Virus record (IMG/VR): IMGVR_UViG_3300031853_000019
Location: 18,749 to 82,748 of that record
DNA length: 64,000 bases
Origin: a virus
Lineage: Duplodnaviria; Caudoviricetes
Direction: 5' to 3' (one strand)
Shown here: positions 52,789 through 62,387 of the stretch, one piece after another
Position numbering within the stretch: position 1 is the first letter of the stretch
Layout: each line of letters starts with the position of its first letter
Translations under genes and position numbers: made by a program
The notes under the pieces: generated by a model
The model's input: only the letters and a program-made list of their open reading frames with translations
What the model was told of the DNA's origin: nothing
Databases searched by the model: none

Positions 52789-54537
52789 ATGGCTACAATC
52801 GCAGAAAGCGGCTTATTTCCGCCTATACTAGATAATTACTTACCTGCTATTGATATAGCAGATATTAAACCAACTTCCCAAGAAGATCCTGGTGGTTTCA
52901 CTGTTTATTTTGCTTTATCTAGTTTTGAATCTCATAAGACAGCTATTCATTCATTACATATTAGCATAACTAGACAAACAAATTATCACTCCTTACTAGA
53001 TTCTACTTTATATACTAGAGGAATCATAGTGCAAGATTTTGATTTTGTAGCAAATAAAACCACTCCAAGTGACCCTGTTGAATATCAAGGTCAAAATTAT
53101 TATAAGACTACAATTCCATTTTCGGATTTAAATATAAAAGAAGAACTTGTTTATAATACATATTATAAATTACAAGTTAGAATGTCAAAAGACGCCAATC
53201 CTAATAAAACTGGTCAAGAACTTGCAGTTTATTTAGCTGACGAAGGTAATTTATCAAAGTTTTCAGAGTGGTCAACAGTTAGTTTATTAAGATTTATCGC
53301 TCCTAGAGTATTAACCGCAAAGATTGGTGAAAAAGACTTTCCTTCTCAGTCAACCGGTGCGGTAAATGTAAATACAAGTGCGTTAACTTTATTTGGTAAG
53401 TACCTTCCTCAATCAGAGGTTGCTGGCTATAAAGATATTTCTAGTTACTTATACAACGGAAATAATGACCAGGAATATTTAGCTAATTATAGAGTTAAAG
53501 TTTATGATGTTGATAATAATTTAGTTGTAGATAGTGATGTTTTACAGCCAACTAATTTTAATGAAATAAATTATAATATCCCTTACTTCTTTCCTATTGG
53601 AAACAGTACAGTTATTTTAGAGTTAACCACTGCTAATTTAAATACAAAAACAATTACTTGCACAGTTACTGCAAGTTATTCACATAATCAATGGGCAAGC
53701 CAGTCTCATATTGCAGAGACTATTGGTGTAGATACTGTAATAGGTATGGTCGGTATAACCTTTGAGCCAGGTAGTGAGAACCCTATTCCTGAAGGTTCTG
53801 AAATTATGATCCGCAGAGGTGAATCAACTGATAACTTTGGTTATTGGTCTACTATATATACAAAGAATATAACTACTGCCACATCAAAACCATTCTACTT
53901 TAATGACTACACTATTGAAAGTGGCACTTTGTATAAATATGAAATCACTTTCACATACAACAAACAAAGTTACTTTATTGTAGAAGGTCCGGCTATATCA
54001 GTATTTGACCATGCTTTCTTAACCGGTGAAGGTACTCAACTTTGTGTTAAGTTTAATGCAAATATTTCAAATTTTAAACGAAATGTATCAGATAATTTAT
54101 TGAATACATTAGGTGGTACATATCCTTATATTACTAGAAATGGTCATATGAATTACCGCAGTTTTGGACTTAGTGGTACTATTGCTTATGAAATGGATGC
54201 AGAACATCAGTTCTCTACAAGGTCTGATATTTATGGTGACTGGATTGATGTTTATGGTTCTTATTTTGTAAATCATTATATGAACCAAAGAAATGATAGA
54301 ATAACTCAGCGGAAGTTCAGAGAAATGGTTATGGATTATCTCTATGATGACATTCCTAAACTATTTAGAAGTACCCCTGAGGGTAATATATTAGTTCGCA
54401 TTACTGATGTTAGTTTGACTCCTAACCAAACCACAGGACGCATGATTTATGATTTCTCTTGCACCGCAACAGAGATTGGTGAAGCTAATGTTGAAAATTA
54501 TAAATTGTATAAAATCCAAGACTTTGGAGATAATTAA
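52789..54537 (+). CDS. Tail/baseplate protein with FN3-like segments
   Basis: 582 aa; C-terminal TLGGTYPYITRNG..FGLSGTI and LFRSTPEGNILVRITDVSLTP pattern of distal tail proteins. Confidence 0.6.
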   Translation: MATIAESGLFPPILDNYLPAIDIADIKPTSQEDPGGFTVYFALSSFESHKTAIHSLHISITRQTNYHSLLDSTLYTRGIIVQDFDFVANKTTPSDPVEYQGQNYYKTTIPFSDLNIKEELVYNTYYKLQVRMSKDANPNKTGQELAVYLADEGNLSKFSEWSTVSLLRFIAPRVLTAKIGEKDFPSQSTGAVNVNTSALTLFGKYLPQSEVAGYKDISSYLYNGNNDQEYLANYRVKVYDVDNNLVVDSDVLQPTNFNEINYNIPYFFPIGNSTVILELTTANLNTKTITCTVTASYSHNQWASQSHIAETIGVDTVIGMVGITFEPGSENPIPEGSEIMIRRGESTDNFGYWSTIYTKNITTATSKPFYFNDYTIESGTLYKYEITFTYNKQSYFIVEGPAISVFDHAFLTGEGTQLCVKFNANISNFKRNVSDNLLNTLGGTYPYITRNGHMNYRSFGLSGTIAYEMDAEHQFSTRSDIYGDWIDVYGSYFVNHYMNQRNDRITQRKFREMVMDYLYDDIPKLFRSTPEGNILVRITDVSLTPNQTTGRMIYDFSCTATEIGEANVENYKLYKIQDFGDN

Positions 54538-54549
54538 GGAGGTATAAAT

Positions 54550-56814
54550 ATGATAAAAAAATATCCATATTTACAAGATATAGACTTCCTTAATAAGATA
54601 TATGGACAACATAATAGAAGTGTTTATATAAATGCAACTGTATTAGATTGGGCGGAAAGACCCTTGCAAGATGTTAAAGGTAAAGTTATCTCCGCATCTA
54701 TATCTGTGAATGGTGATTCTTCCGTGCGGAGAACCGCTAACTTATCGGTAAAAATATTAGATGCAGATGAACTATATAATAATATAGATAGCTTATTTTC
54801 TATTAATAAGAAGATATTTCTTGAGACAGGATTGAGTAATAATTTTTGTCATCTAGGTGATAGATATTATCCTAACTATCCTATTATATGGTTCCCTTTT
54901 GGAGTAATGATTATTCAGAGTTGTAGTGTTACTCACGATGTATCTGGTGTTACTTTAAATCTTTCTCTTGGAGATAAGATGTGTTTGCTTAATGGTGATG
55001 CAGGGGGAATTATTCCCGCATCCACTAATTTTGAGTCTATTGATGTACTTGGTACAGATGGAGATTTATATAGTGAGTGGGCGAAAATAAATGATATTAT
55101 CCCCGAGATGGTTCATCACTTTGGCGGAGAGGATTTAAATAATATCATTGTAAATGATATTCCTAATATGATCAAGCAGCCTATGAAATGGCGGGGATCA
55201 AATCCATTATACTTATGGGAGGCAACTGCGCCAAGTCCAGATCCAGAGCAGTATAATCGTAAAGAGATGTTCTATACTACTATTGATTCAAGTCCTGGAG
55301 AAGGATGGACTAGAACTAATAAGATAGTTTATAACTATGACGCTGGATATATTTTTACTGAGTTTACATATCCTGGGGAGCTAGTTGCGGGAGCAGGTGA
55401 TTCTGTATGCACTGTCCTTGATAAAATAAAAAATACGCTTGGAAATTATGAATACTACTATGATGTATTTGGTAATTTTATCTTTCAAGAGATTAAGAAT
55501 TATGTAAATACAACAGAGTGGAGAACTATGTATGAAAATACATATAAAAAGAACTCTAATGTATATCTTCCTTATGCGTATAATACTAGACTAAATGCAG
55601 ATACTTATACTCTTAATAATGATTTTATTATTAGTTGTAATAATGCTCCGCAGTTTAATATGATTAAAAATGATTTTATTGTTTGGGGAACTAGAGAAAC
55701 CTCAACTGGATTGAAAGTTCCTATTAGATATCATTTAGCAATAGATAAAAGACCTGATACATCAGAAGACTTAGTAATTAATATGCCTATTTGTTTTGAT
55801 GTGGATATGTATGACAAAATTAAGAAATGTCATTATGTTGAAGATAAAGGATATATTAGTTTAGATGATTTAAAAGAAAAGTTGCCGCAAGGCATTGTTG
55901 GTAAATATTATAAAGTATTAGAAAATGGTAGCGGGAACGCACCAAGTATCTACACCTGGGTTACAGATGTTGACTATTATGAAAGTCTATTAAGTAACTA
56001 TGAATCTGGTGCAGATAATGATACTTCCGCGATTAGGTCATCTGATTTAAACGCAAGTGTTAAAGCGGATTATGTTAAATTACCATACGCACATTATTAT
56101 GAAACTTTCACAGTTCCTTCAACTGCTAATTGTGCGGCAGGACAGGTTGCAGAATGGAGAGATAGATTATATTTTGAAGGTATTATAGATTCAAAAAATG
56201 GTTTAGAAACTAATGATTATTATGCAGAGTTAGTTAATGAATGGCCGAAGCTATACGACAGTGAGAATCATAAGTATTATGAAGATGTCTTAGCTTCACC
56301 TACTACTCTTGACTATTGGTTAGATATTATTGACAATGATTCAATTTTAAATGACTTTTCAGTTGATGCTATTGGTCGTAGAAGTTATGCTAAGACTGAT
56401 ACTGAATGTAATTGCGTTTTTGAACCTGATATACCAGATGCTATTATGGTAAATACAAATGATCCTCAGGCTATTGTAGATGCAAGATCTAATATGACTT
56501 TGCAACAGCTTAAAGAATATGGTCTTACTCCGGTACAAGTACCTGATGCAATTTTTATGTCACTTACTTCTGGTGGTACATTTAATTCATGTTATCAGCA
56601 TGTAAGACAGATATTAACTGATTATACAGATTATAATAGTTCTGTTACTATAACTTGTTTACCAATGTATCATCTTGAACCTAATACAAGGATTTATATT
56701 AATGAACCTGATTCGGGTATTCAAGGTGAATATTTGATAAATACAATATCTTTTGGTTTGGGAAATAGTAGTACGATGACTATAAGTGCTAAGAAGATAA
56801 ATCCTAAGATATAA
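54550..56814 (+). CDS. Baseplate hub / Tal-like protein
   Basis: 754 aa; DGSVRRTANL, LGNYEYYYDVFGNFIF, LEPNTRIYI..GEYLINTISF motifs. Confidence 0.6.
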   Translation: MIKKYPYLQDIDFLNKIYGQHNRSVYINATVLDWAERPLQDVKGKVISASISVNGDSSVRRTANLSVKILDADELYNNIDSLFSINKKIFLETGLSNNFCHLGDRYYPNYPIIWFPFGVMIIQSCSVTHDVSGVTLNLSLGDKMCLLNGDAGGIIPASTNFESIDVLGTDGDLYSEWAKINDIIPEMVHHFGGEDLNNIIVNDIPNMIKQPMKWRGSNPLYLWEATAPSPDPEQYNRKEMFYTTIDSSPGEGWTRTNKIVYNYDAGYIFTEFTYPGELVAGAGDSVCTVLDKIKNTLGNYEYYYDVFGNFIFQEIKNYVNTTEWRTMYENTYKKNSNVYLPYAYNTRLNADTYTLNNDFIISCNNAPQFNMIKNDFIVWGTRETSTGLKVPIRYHLAIDKRPDTSEDLVINMPICFDVDMYDKIKKCHYVEDKGYISLDDLKEKLPQGIVGKYYKVLENGSGNAPSIYTWVTDVDYYESLLSNYESGADNDTSAIRSSDLNASVKADYVKLPYAHYYETFTVPSTANCAAGQVAEWRDRLYFEGIIDSKNGLETNDYYAELVNEWPKLYDSENHKYYEDVLASPTTLDYWLDIIDNDSILNDFSVDAIGRRSYAKTDTECNCVFEPDIPDAIMVNTNDPQAIVDARSNMTLQQLKEYGLTPVQVPDAIFMSLTSGGTFNSCYQHVRQILTDYTDYNSSVTITCLPMYHLEPNTRIYINEPDSGIQGEYLINTISFGLGNSSTMTISAKKINPKI

Positions 56815-56819
56815 TAAGA

Positions 56820-56852
56820 AAAGGGAGATGCTTAATTGCATCTCCCTTATTT
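56820..56852. terminator. Bidirectional terminator between convergent operons
   Basis: AAGGGAGATGC-TTAATT-GCATCTCCCTT with A and T flanks. Confidence 0.85.
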
Positions 56853-56853
56853 T

Positions 56854-57366
56854 TTATGCCCAATTAAAGGGCTTTGGTTCTGGTACTGAATGAACTTTAG
56901 CATATCCAATACCAATAGCATCTGCAATATCGTCACTTACTGTAATATTAAAATTATCTTTGACGAATTGTATATCTGCTAGTTTTAGAGCTTCTCTTTT
57001 TATTCCCGCACCAGTTTTGATTCCACAGCGGGAACGCCATGTACTTGCGGGAATGAACTCTACTTCTATATTATAATTATAAAACATCAGCACTATCGCT
57101 GCTTGGAGGTAAAATAACGCTTTGAAAGTTTTTTGGTTTGTATGCCATGTTACTTCATTTAGGTTATCGGGGATTATTTGTTCCATGATTACTTGATCGG
57201 GGGTGTATTTTTTATATAATTCTTCTAATTTATCTGTCATGAATTTGATTCTTTTTAATACATCTTTAGAAGAATTCGTAAAAAGGTCATAATGAAGTAA
57301 ATCTGTACCGTCATAAATTGCAATACCAGTAGCTTTAGTGCTTCCATCTATTGCTAATGTTTTCAT
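56854..57366 (-). CDS. RuvC-like Holliday junction resolvase
   Basis: LAIDGSTKATG, VIMEQ, SDDIADAIGIG acidic triad; own sigmaA promoter 57425-57397. Confidence 0.8.
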   Translation of the reverse strand: MKTLAIDGSTKATGIAIYDGTDLLHYDLFTNSSKDVLKRIKFMTDKLEELYKKYTPDQVIMEQIIPDNLNEVTWHTNQKTFKALFYLQAAIVLMFYNYNIEVEFIPASTWRSRCGIKTGAGIKREALKLADIQFVKDNFNITVSDDIADAIGIGYAKVHSVPEPKPFNWA

Positions 57367-57565
57367 ATTTCTCTCCTTAAAGATTTTATTAATTTAAGTA
57401 TATCAAAATTTTTAAGTCTTGTCAAGCGGGAACTTGCTTCAATTTTGTGAGAGATTTTTAAAAAGGAATGAATACTTTATCGAAAAGATGGTTTTTACTT
57501 TAAAAATTAGCAAATAAAGAGTAATGGTAAATAAAAAATAGGACGCTTTCGCGCCCTATAATTTA

Positions 57566-58021
57566 TTAATTTGTACCAGTTGATCCAAAACCACCACTGC
57601 CGCGCTCAGTCTCGTCTAACTCATCGACTTCCTCAAGTTCAATATCAACATAAGGCTGGACAATAAGCTGTGCGATTCTATCTCCGCGATGCAAGATCTG
57701 AGAGAACTGACTATGATTATGTAGAGCCACGATTATCGGCCCCCTATAATCAGCATCAATAACACCTACTTTATTAGCAGGAGCGAGACCTTGCTTAGTA
57801 GCTAATCCAGATCTAGGATAAATACCACCAAATGTTCCATCAGGTAAAGCAATAGCTATACCAGTGTTAATCTTTACAGTAGTATTAGGTGGAATGTTTA
57901 AAGTCCAATTTTCATTCGTATCAAAATCTTCATAAGTATTAGCATATAAGTCCCATCCGGCAGCAGCCCAACTACCGCGCGTAGGCAGCTTTGCCGCAGG
58001 ATTTAATTTCTTAATTTTCAT
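57566..58021 (-). CDS. dut: dUTP diphosphatase
   Basis: AAGWDL, PRSGLA, GVIDADYRG, RIAQL, RGSGGFGSTG motifs I-V. Confidence 0.97.
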   Translation of the reverse strand: MKIKKLNPAAKLPTRGSWAAAGWDLYANTYEDFDTNENWTLNIPPNTTVKINTGIAIALPDGTFGGIYPRSGLATKQGLAPANKVGVIDADYRGPIIVALHNHSQFSQILHRGDRIAQLIVQPYVDIELEEVDELDETERGSGGFGSTGTN

Positions 58022-58263
58022 TAATCTACCTCGTATTCTACTGCAACTAGTCTATCAGGTTCCTTCTCGTCGTTGAAAGCTTTCGTGAGGCTAACCTTAA
58101 ACCACTGATCAATAACCTCGCCCTTCTGCTTTCTTTCCTTATATTGAGAAGCATGCTTGGTTAAAGTAAATCTATTATCCTGCTTTGCTTCTTCAATCAT
58201 CTTAATGACTTCTTCCTCAGAATCAACTCTATACACTTCAGTTACCTGTGTTAAATACTTCAT
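58021..58263 (-). CDS. Phage hypothetical protein
   Basis: 80 aa, coupled to dut. Confidence 0.75.
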   Translation of the reverse strand: MKYLTQVTEVYRVDSEEEVIKMIEEAKQDNRFTLTKHASQYKERKQKGEVIDQWFKVSLTKAFNDEKEPDRLVAVEYEVD

Positions 58264-58529
58264 ATAATTTCTACCTCAATTCTATCTTTATTATCATATT
58301 TACTTAGCATTTCCATTTCAATCTTTTCTTTAATCTTTTCAGAAAATGGAGTCGCACTACCATGAAGATATAAACTGGTTATCCCAGGATAATCTTCAAG
58401 AAAGCTTGCAATGGTATGCTCATAATGCCTAATTGTTGCAATTCTATATTCTATCTCTTTATTATTATCATCATAAAGGTGGACAGTTTGTAACTTAACA
58501 AAAGGTTCTATCGTTCCTACTAGTTTCAT
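58260..58529 (-). CDS. Hypothetical protein
   Basis: 89 aa in operon. Confidence 0.7.
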   Translation of the reverse strand: MKLVGTIEPFVKLQTVHLYDDNNKEIEYRIATIRHYEHTIASFLEDYPGITSLYLHGSATPFSEKIKEKIEMEMLSKYDNKDRIEVEII

Positions 58530-58540
58530 TTTTCACACCC

Positions 58541-58912
58541 CTAACACTTGATTACCGCTTGGTCGTATGGGAATAGATAATAACAAAAGGCTTCATCATC
58601 TATTTTAAGCCATATCTCATATGCGATACCATCATCTGTTTTATCAATTCCTAGAACTTCACCTCTATCCGTACAACATCCTAATGCTTCTCTTGCTGCA
58701 AAATGTTCTGCGGTAGAAGTAGAAGATAATTGGAAAATTGTATAATCTTTTCTTTCGTTGCATAAAAGCATAGCAAATTCTTTTACTTTATCTTCAAAAA
58801 AGCCTTCTAATTCCTCTTGCTTTGCGGCAAGCTCTGGATGTGTTAAAGGTTTTTCATTTTGAAGAACAAGTTGCTTATTTGCTTCATATAAGTTTGCTCC
58901 TTGTATTTCCAT
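58541..58912 (-). CDS. Hypothetical protein
   Basis: 123 aa, AAGGAG RBS. Confidence 0.7.
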   Translation of the reverse strand: MEIQGANLYEANKQLVLQNEKPLTHPELAAKQEELEGFFEDKVKEFAMLLCNERKDYTIFQLSSTSTAEHFAAREALGCCTDRGEVLGIDKTDDGIAYEIWLKIDDEAFCYYLFPYDQAVIKC

Positions 58913-58996
58913 CTATATTATCTCCTTATATCTTTATATAAATATTATACCAAAAATTTTCAAAAAAATAAAGGGAGGATTTCTCCTCCCTTAAAT

Positions 58997-59995
58997 TTAT
59001 ATAAAGCGCATATGTTTTACGCGCATTTCCGTTTCTTGTATTTTACCTTTATTAAAAGCGGTTAAGTAATCTCCAGTTAGATATCCTGTAACTCTTCTAA
59101 GTCTTTGAATATTCTTACTCTTGCATTGTGGACAATTACAACCTAGCTCAATCTCACCCTGGAACCCGCACTCTAAGCAAGTATCCGCAGGTACATTAAC
59201 TGCAAAATATGGAATGTCTTTTGCCATAGCATAATTTACAATTTCTTCAAGAGCATCAAGATTATCTTTTACTCCAGCATCAAGTTCTACATAAGTTATG
59301 CAACCAGCAGAACTATACCCCGTTAGCTGAGATTCAATATCAATCTTTTCAAAAGGATTAACATTAATCCAAACTGGTACATGAATAGAGTTTGTAAAGA
59401 AATCTTTATCAGATACATTAGGAATTACTCCATATTTATCTTTGAACTTATCCATAGCAGTTTTGCATAAGTTTTCAGCAGGTGTATAGTAAACGCCAAA
59501 GTTTAACTTATATTCCTCTTTAAACTGAGCGCATCTTTCTTTAAATAAATGTTCAATTCTCTTAGCAAGCTTCATGCCTTCTTCTGTTGTATGGTCACAG
59601 CCAATAAGGATTTGAAGTGTTTCCGCAAGACCAATTTGTCCAATAGCTAGAGTACCATGTTTTAGTGCAGAAATAATACCTTCATCAGGATTATATCCTC
59701 GCATTGTTCCGTTCTCATACATGAATTTTGCAGAACCTGGATCTTGAGAACAAATGTATTCAAAACGCTCAATTAGCATATCTTTGGCTTCATGGATTTT
59801 TTGATCGAGTAAATCTAAAAATGTTTCTACTACATATTCCTCTGCATCTTCATATTCTCTACGAGGTTTTAATACAGCTTCCATAGCTAATGTAGGCATA
59901 ATAATAGTTACAGGACAGATATTACCTCTACCATCTTTCTTCTGCGGATTTACCCCAGGTTCTGCATTTATATCAGCTCCGTTAGCTGTTCTACA
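58997..59995 (-). CDS. nrdD: Anaerobic ribonucleoside-triphosphate reductase, exon 2
   Basis: Begins with the catalytic CRT; YYTPAE; CxxC..CxxC; glycyl-radical RRVTGYL. Confidence 0.93.
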   Translation of the reverse strand, partial: CRTANGADINAEPGVNPQKKDGRGNICPVTIIMPTLAMEAVLKPRREYEDAEEYVVETFLDLLDQKIHEAKDMLIERFEYICSQDPGSAKFMYENGTMRGYNPDEGIISALKHGTLAIGQIGLAETLQILIGCDHTTEEGMKLAKRIEHLFKERCAQFKEEYKLNFGVYYTPAENLCKTAMDKFKDKYGVIPNVSDKDFFTNSIHVPVWINVNPFEKIDIESQLTGYSSAGCITYVELDAGVKDNLDALEEIVNYAMAKDIPYFAVNVPADTCLECGFQGEIELGCNCPQCKSKNIQRLRRVTGYLTGDYLTAFNKGKIQETEMRVKHMRFI

Positions 59996-60516
59996 CATGT
60001 TATCTAATGTTACCATTAGCACTGACTATATCTTCTATCTTTAATTAAGATAGCCTTCCGCTTCGACTTGGTGCCTATCTCCAAGTCTACTCCCTTACAT
60101 TCATCAGGGATAGTCGATACACTTTAATTTATTGGAGCATACTTTTGGGGAAATATTACATGACTGTGTAACTGTTTTATTTCTTCTTTTGGAACTTCGT
60201 ATATCTTAATTGTACAGTCTTGTAAGTATAACTCACGATTTTTTTGTTTATTCCAATATTCAATTAAAGATTCCAATGATAAACATCCAGACAACATATC
60301 ATCGTCAAAATGGATGCTATTATCAGAACGAAGAGATCCATTTTTTGTGAAAAAAGGACCGCCTCCATCTTTATTTTCATATCTATAAATAAGCATATTC
60401 CTCTCCAATATATTCTTAGCACGGTCTCATCCATTTTAGGACCTAACCGTTAGCCACATTAAGTGACACCCGCGGGCGCGGTTCAAAAGGTTTTACATGA
60501 GCTGTAGTTTACACTT
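59996..60516 (-). mobile_element. Group I intron (521 nt) in nrdD
   Basis: 5' exon ends in U, intron ends in G; P1 CAUGGGU/GCUCAUG with U-G at splice site; P10 CUACA/UGUAG; P7 GACUA/UAGUC with S element AAGAUAUAGUC; splicing restores STMG-CRTA. Confidence 0.92.
60124..60396 (-). CDS. Intron-encoded 90-aa protein, not a recognisable homing endonuclease
   Basis: GGAGAGGA RBS, ATG at 60396, lies between the Q element and R (P6 loop); no GIY-YIG, HNH or LAGLIDADG motif. Confidence 0.75.
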   Translation of the reverse strand: MLIYRYENKDGGGPFFTKNGSLRSDNSIHFDDDMLSGCLSLESLIEYWNKQKNRELYLQDCTIKIYEVPKEEIKQLHSHVIFPQKYAPIN

Positions 60517-61773
60517 ACCCATGGTTGAAAAGTATGTCTCTGGGTCGTTACGGTCGTAGCCTGCATTCCCGCTCCAATCAACATTTGCATAATTAGGATA
60601 TAATCTTTTAGCTGTTGACTCAAGTGCTAATCTATATAAATCATAGTTAGGAGTTCCAGGCTTGTCATTTACTCCCTTCATATATTGGAAAATACCACAA
60701 GGGAATATACTTGTTTTATGCAGTTTGCCTACTCCTTTAATACATCCTTTAAGGAGAGCTTCTGTTACCATTCTTCCCTCGGGCAAAGTACATGTACCAT
60801 AGTTGATCGAGGTAAAAGGCAACTGGTTTCCAGACCTTGATTGTAATGTATTGAGATTATGATACATACCCTCAACTGCTTGTTGAGTTTCTTTAATGGT
60901 CATGTCCATAGCATACTTGTATGCTTTGTCATCATCATAAGCTTTTCTGTCTGCAATAGATATATTGGGCGCTACTGGTTCTCCAATTATGTGAGCATCC
61001 CAATCTTCATCTTCTGATATATAAATCAAACCATTTTTATAATGCTTCCAAAAACTCTTTCTCACATAGGGAACCATAGTCCAATCTAAGTGTGAAGCTG
61101 AAACGCCTCCAAACTGCTGAAGTGACTGCAACTGAAAGATAACTGCAACAAGTTGGAAAGCTGTATTTATGCTATTAGCAGGACGAACATCGGTTTGCCT
61201 TGTATTAAATCCATTTTTAAGTAAGTCGTCAAAAGGAATCGTCAAACAATTGTGCATGCCAACTGCATAGCTATCTAAATCATGAATGTAAATTTCATTA
61301 TTAACATGATTATCTCTAGACTTTTTACTCATACAATGATCTAAAGCAAAACTCTTCATCACAACAGAATCTGCTTCACCTTTCCGCCCACCAAAGCTTA
61401 ATTCATCAACATTCGCATTTTGCTTTTGAATATCATTTGCAAATAATTTACTTCTTACTTGTTGCATTAGGGATGAGTTAAACTGACGCCTTTTATTTCT
61501 TTCTTCTCGATAAAGAATATAAGCTCTAGCTACATCTTTTCTTTTAGTAGCCATCAGCCCTTTCTCAACCATGTCCTGAATTTCTTCAACAGTATATGGT
61601 TCTTCTGTTTCTATTGCTGCTTCTTCAATAAAGTCTGCAATCTTTTTTGATTTTTCTTCTGCATATTCAGTTATATCTTTATCAACTGCAGCAAATGCTC
61701 GAAGCACTGCTTCTTCAATTTTATCTCTGTTAAAAACTACTTCGCGCCCATCACGCTTAATAATTTTTTCCAT
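60517..61773 (-). CDS. nrdD: Anaerobic ribonucleoside-triphosphate reductase, exon 1
   Basis: N-terminal ATP cone (IIKRDGR), IYIHDLD, QQFGG, LQSRSGNQLPFTSINYG; spliced product about 751 aa. Confidence 0.93.
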
Positions 61774-61826
61774 TTAAAGTACCTCCAATTACATAAAAAT
61801 TTAGGATTGTATTTAATATGAAAAAA

Positions 61827-62387
61827 CTACCATTCAAGTTTAAGAATTTTGTCCAATTCCATTTTCCTATTTATTGGAGAACTGGAATAAAAATTAGTTA
61901 ATATTAGGTCTGCTTCAAAATCTTTAAACATCTCTTCATCTGCTAAAAATCTTCTACATATTTCATGGCAATTAGGATTTGATTCTCTATTTAAACAAGC
62001 GACCAACCTATCTAAAGGTTCAGTCTTAATATAAATAGAATAGATTTTTATATCTTCATCTTTATTTTCTTTTAATCTTTCAAAGCCAATAGGGTTTAAA
62101 ATTGCTATATTTATTTTATCTTCATTTAAAGATAACCTATTAGTTCCATAATACCAATTATCATTAAAGCAAGTTGCTTCTAACATAGTACCATCTAAAA
62201 CATAACCTGCAAAATCTTCAATAGAGATAAAATTATAATCAATGCCATCTACTTCAGAAATTCTCTTAGGTCTTGTCGTGTCAGCAACTACTCTATGAAA
62301 TGCGTTTGGATAAAGAGTTGTTAAGGAGGTTGCGATATAGTCCTTACCGCAACCACTTTCACCCATTAAAGCAATTATTTTATACAT
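61827..62387 (-). CDS. gmk: Guanylate kinase-like protein
   Basis: P-loop GESGCGKD, DTTRPKR..EVDGIDYNF, NWYYGT. Confidence 0.85.
   Translation of the reverse strand: MYKIIALMGESGCGKDYIATSLTTLYPNAFHRVVADTTRPKRISEVDGIDYNFISIEDFAGYVLDGTMLEATCFNDNWYYGTNRLSLNEDKINIAILNPIGFERLKENKDEDIKIYSIYIKTEPLDRLVACLNRESNPNCHEICRRFLADEEMFKDFEADLILTNFYSSSPINRKMELDKILKLEW

Noticed and set aside
45845-56814. Diversity-generating retroelement acting on tail proteins
   Set aside because: No reverse transcriptase and no template/variable repeat pair noticed in the window
58997-60022. ORF-track 341-aa ORF as an independent gene
   Set aside because: Its first nine codons are intron sequence; it is exon 2 of nrdD
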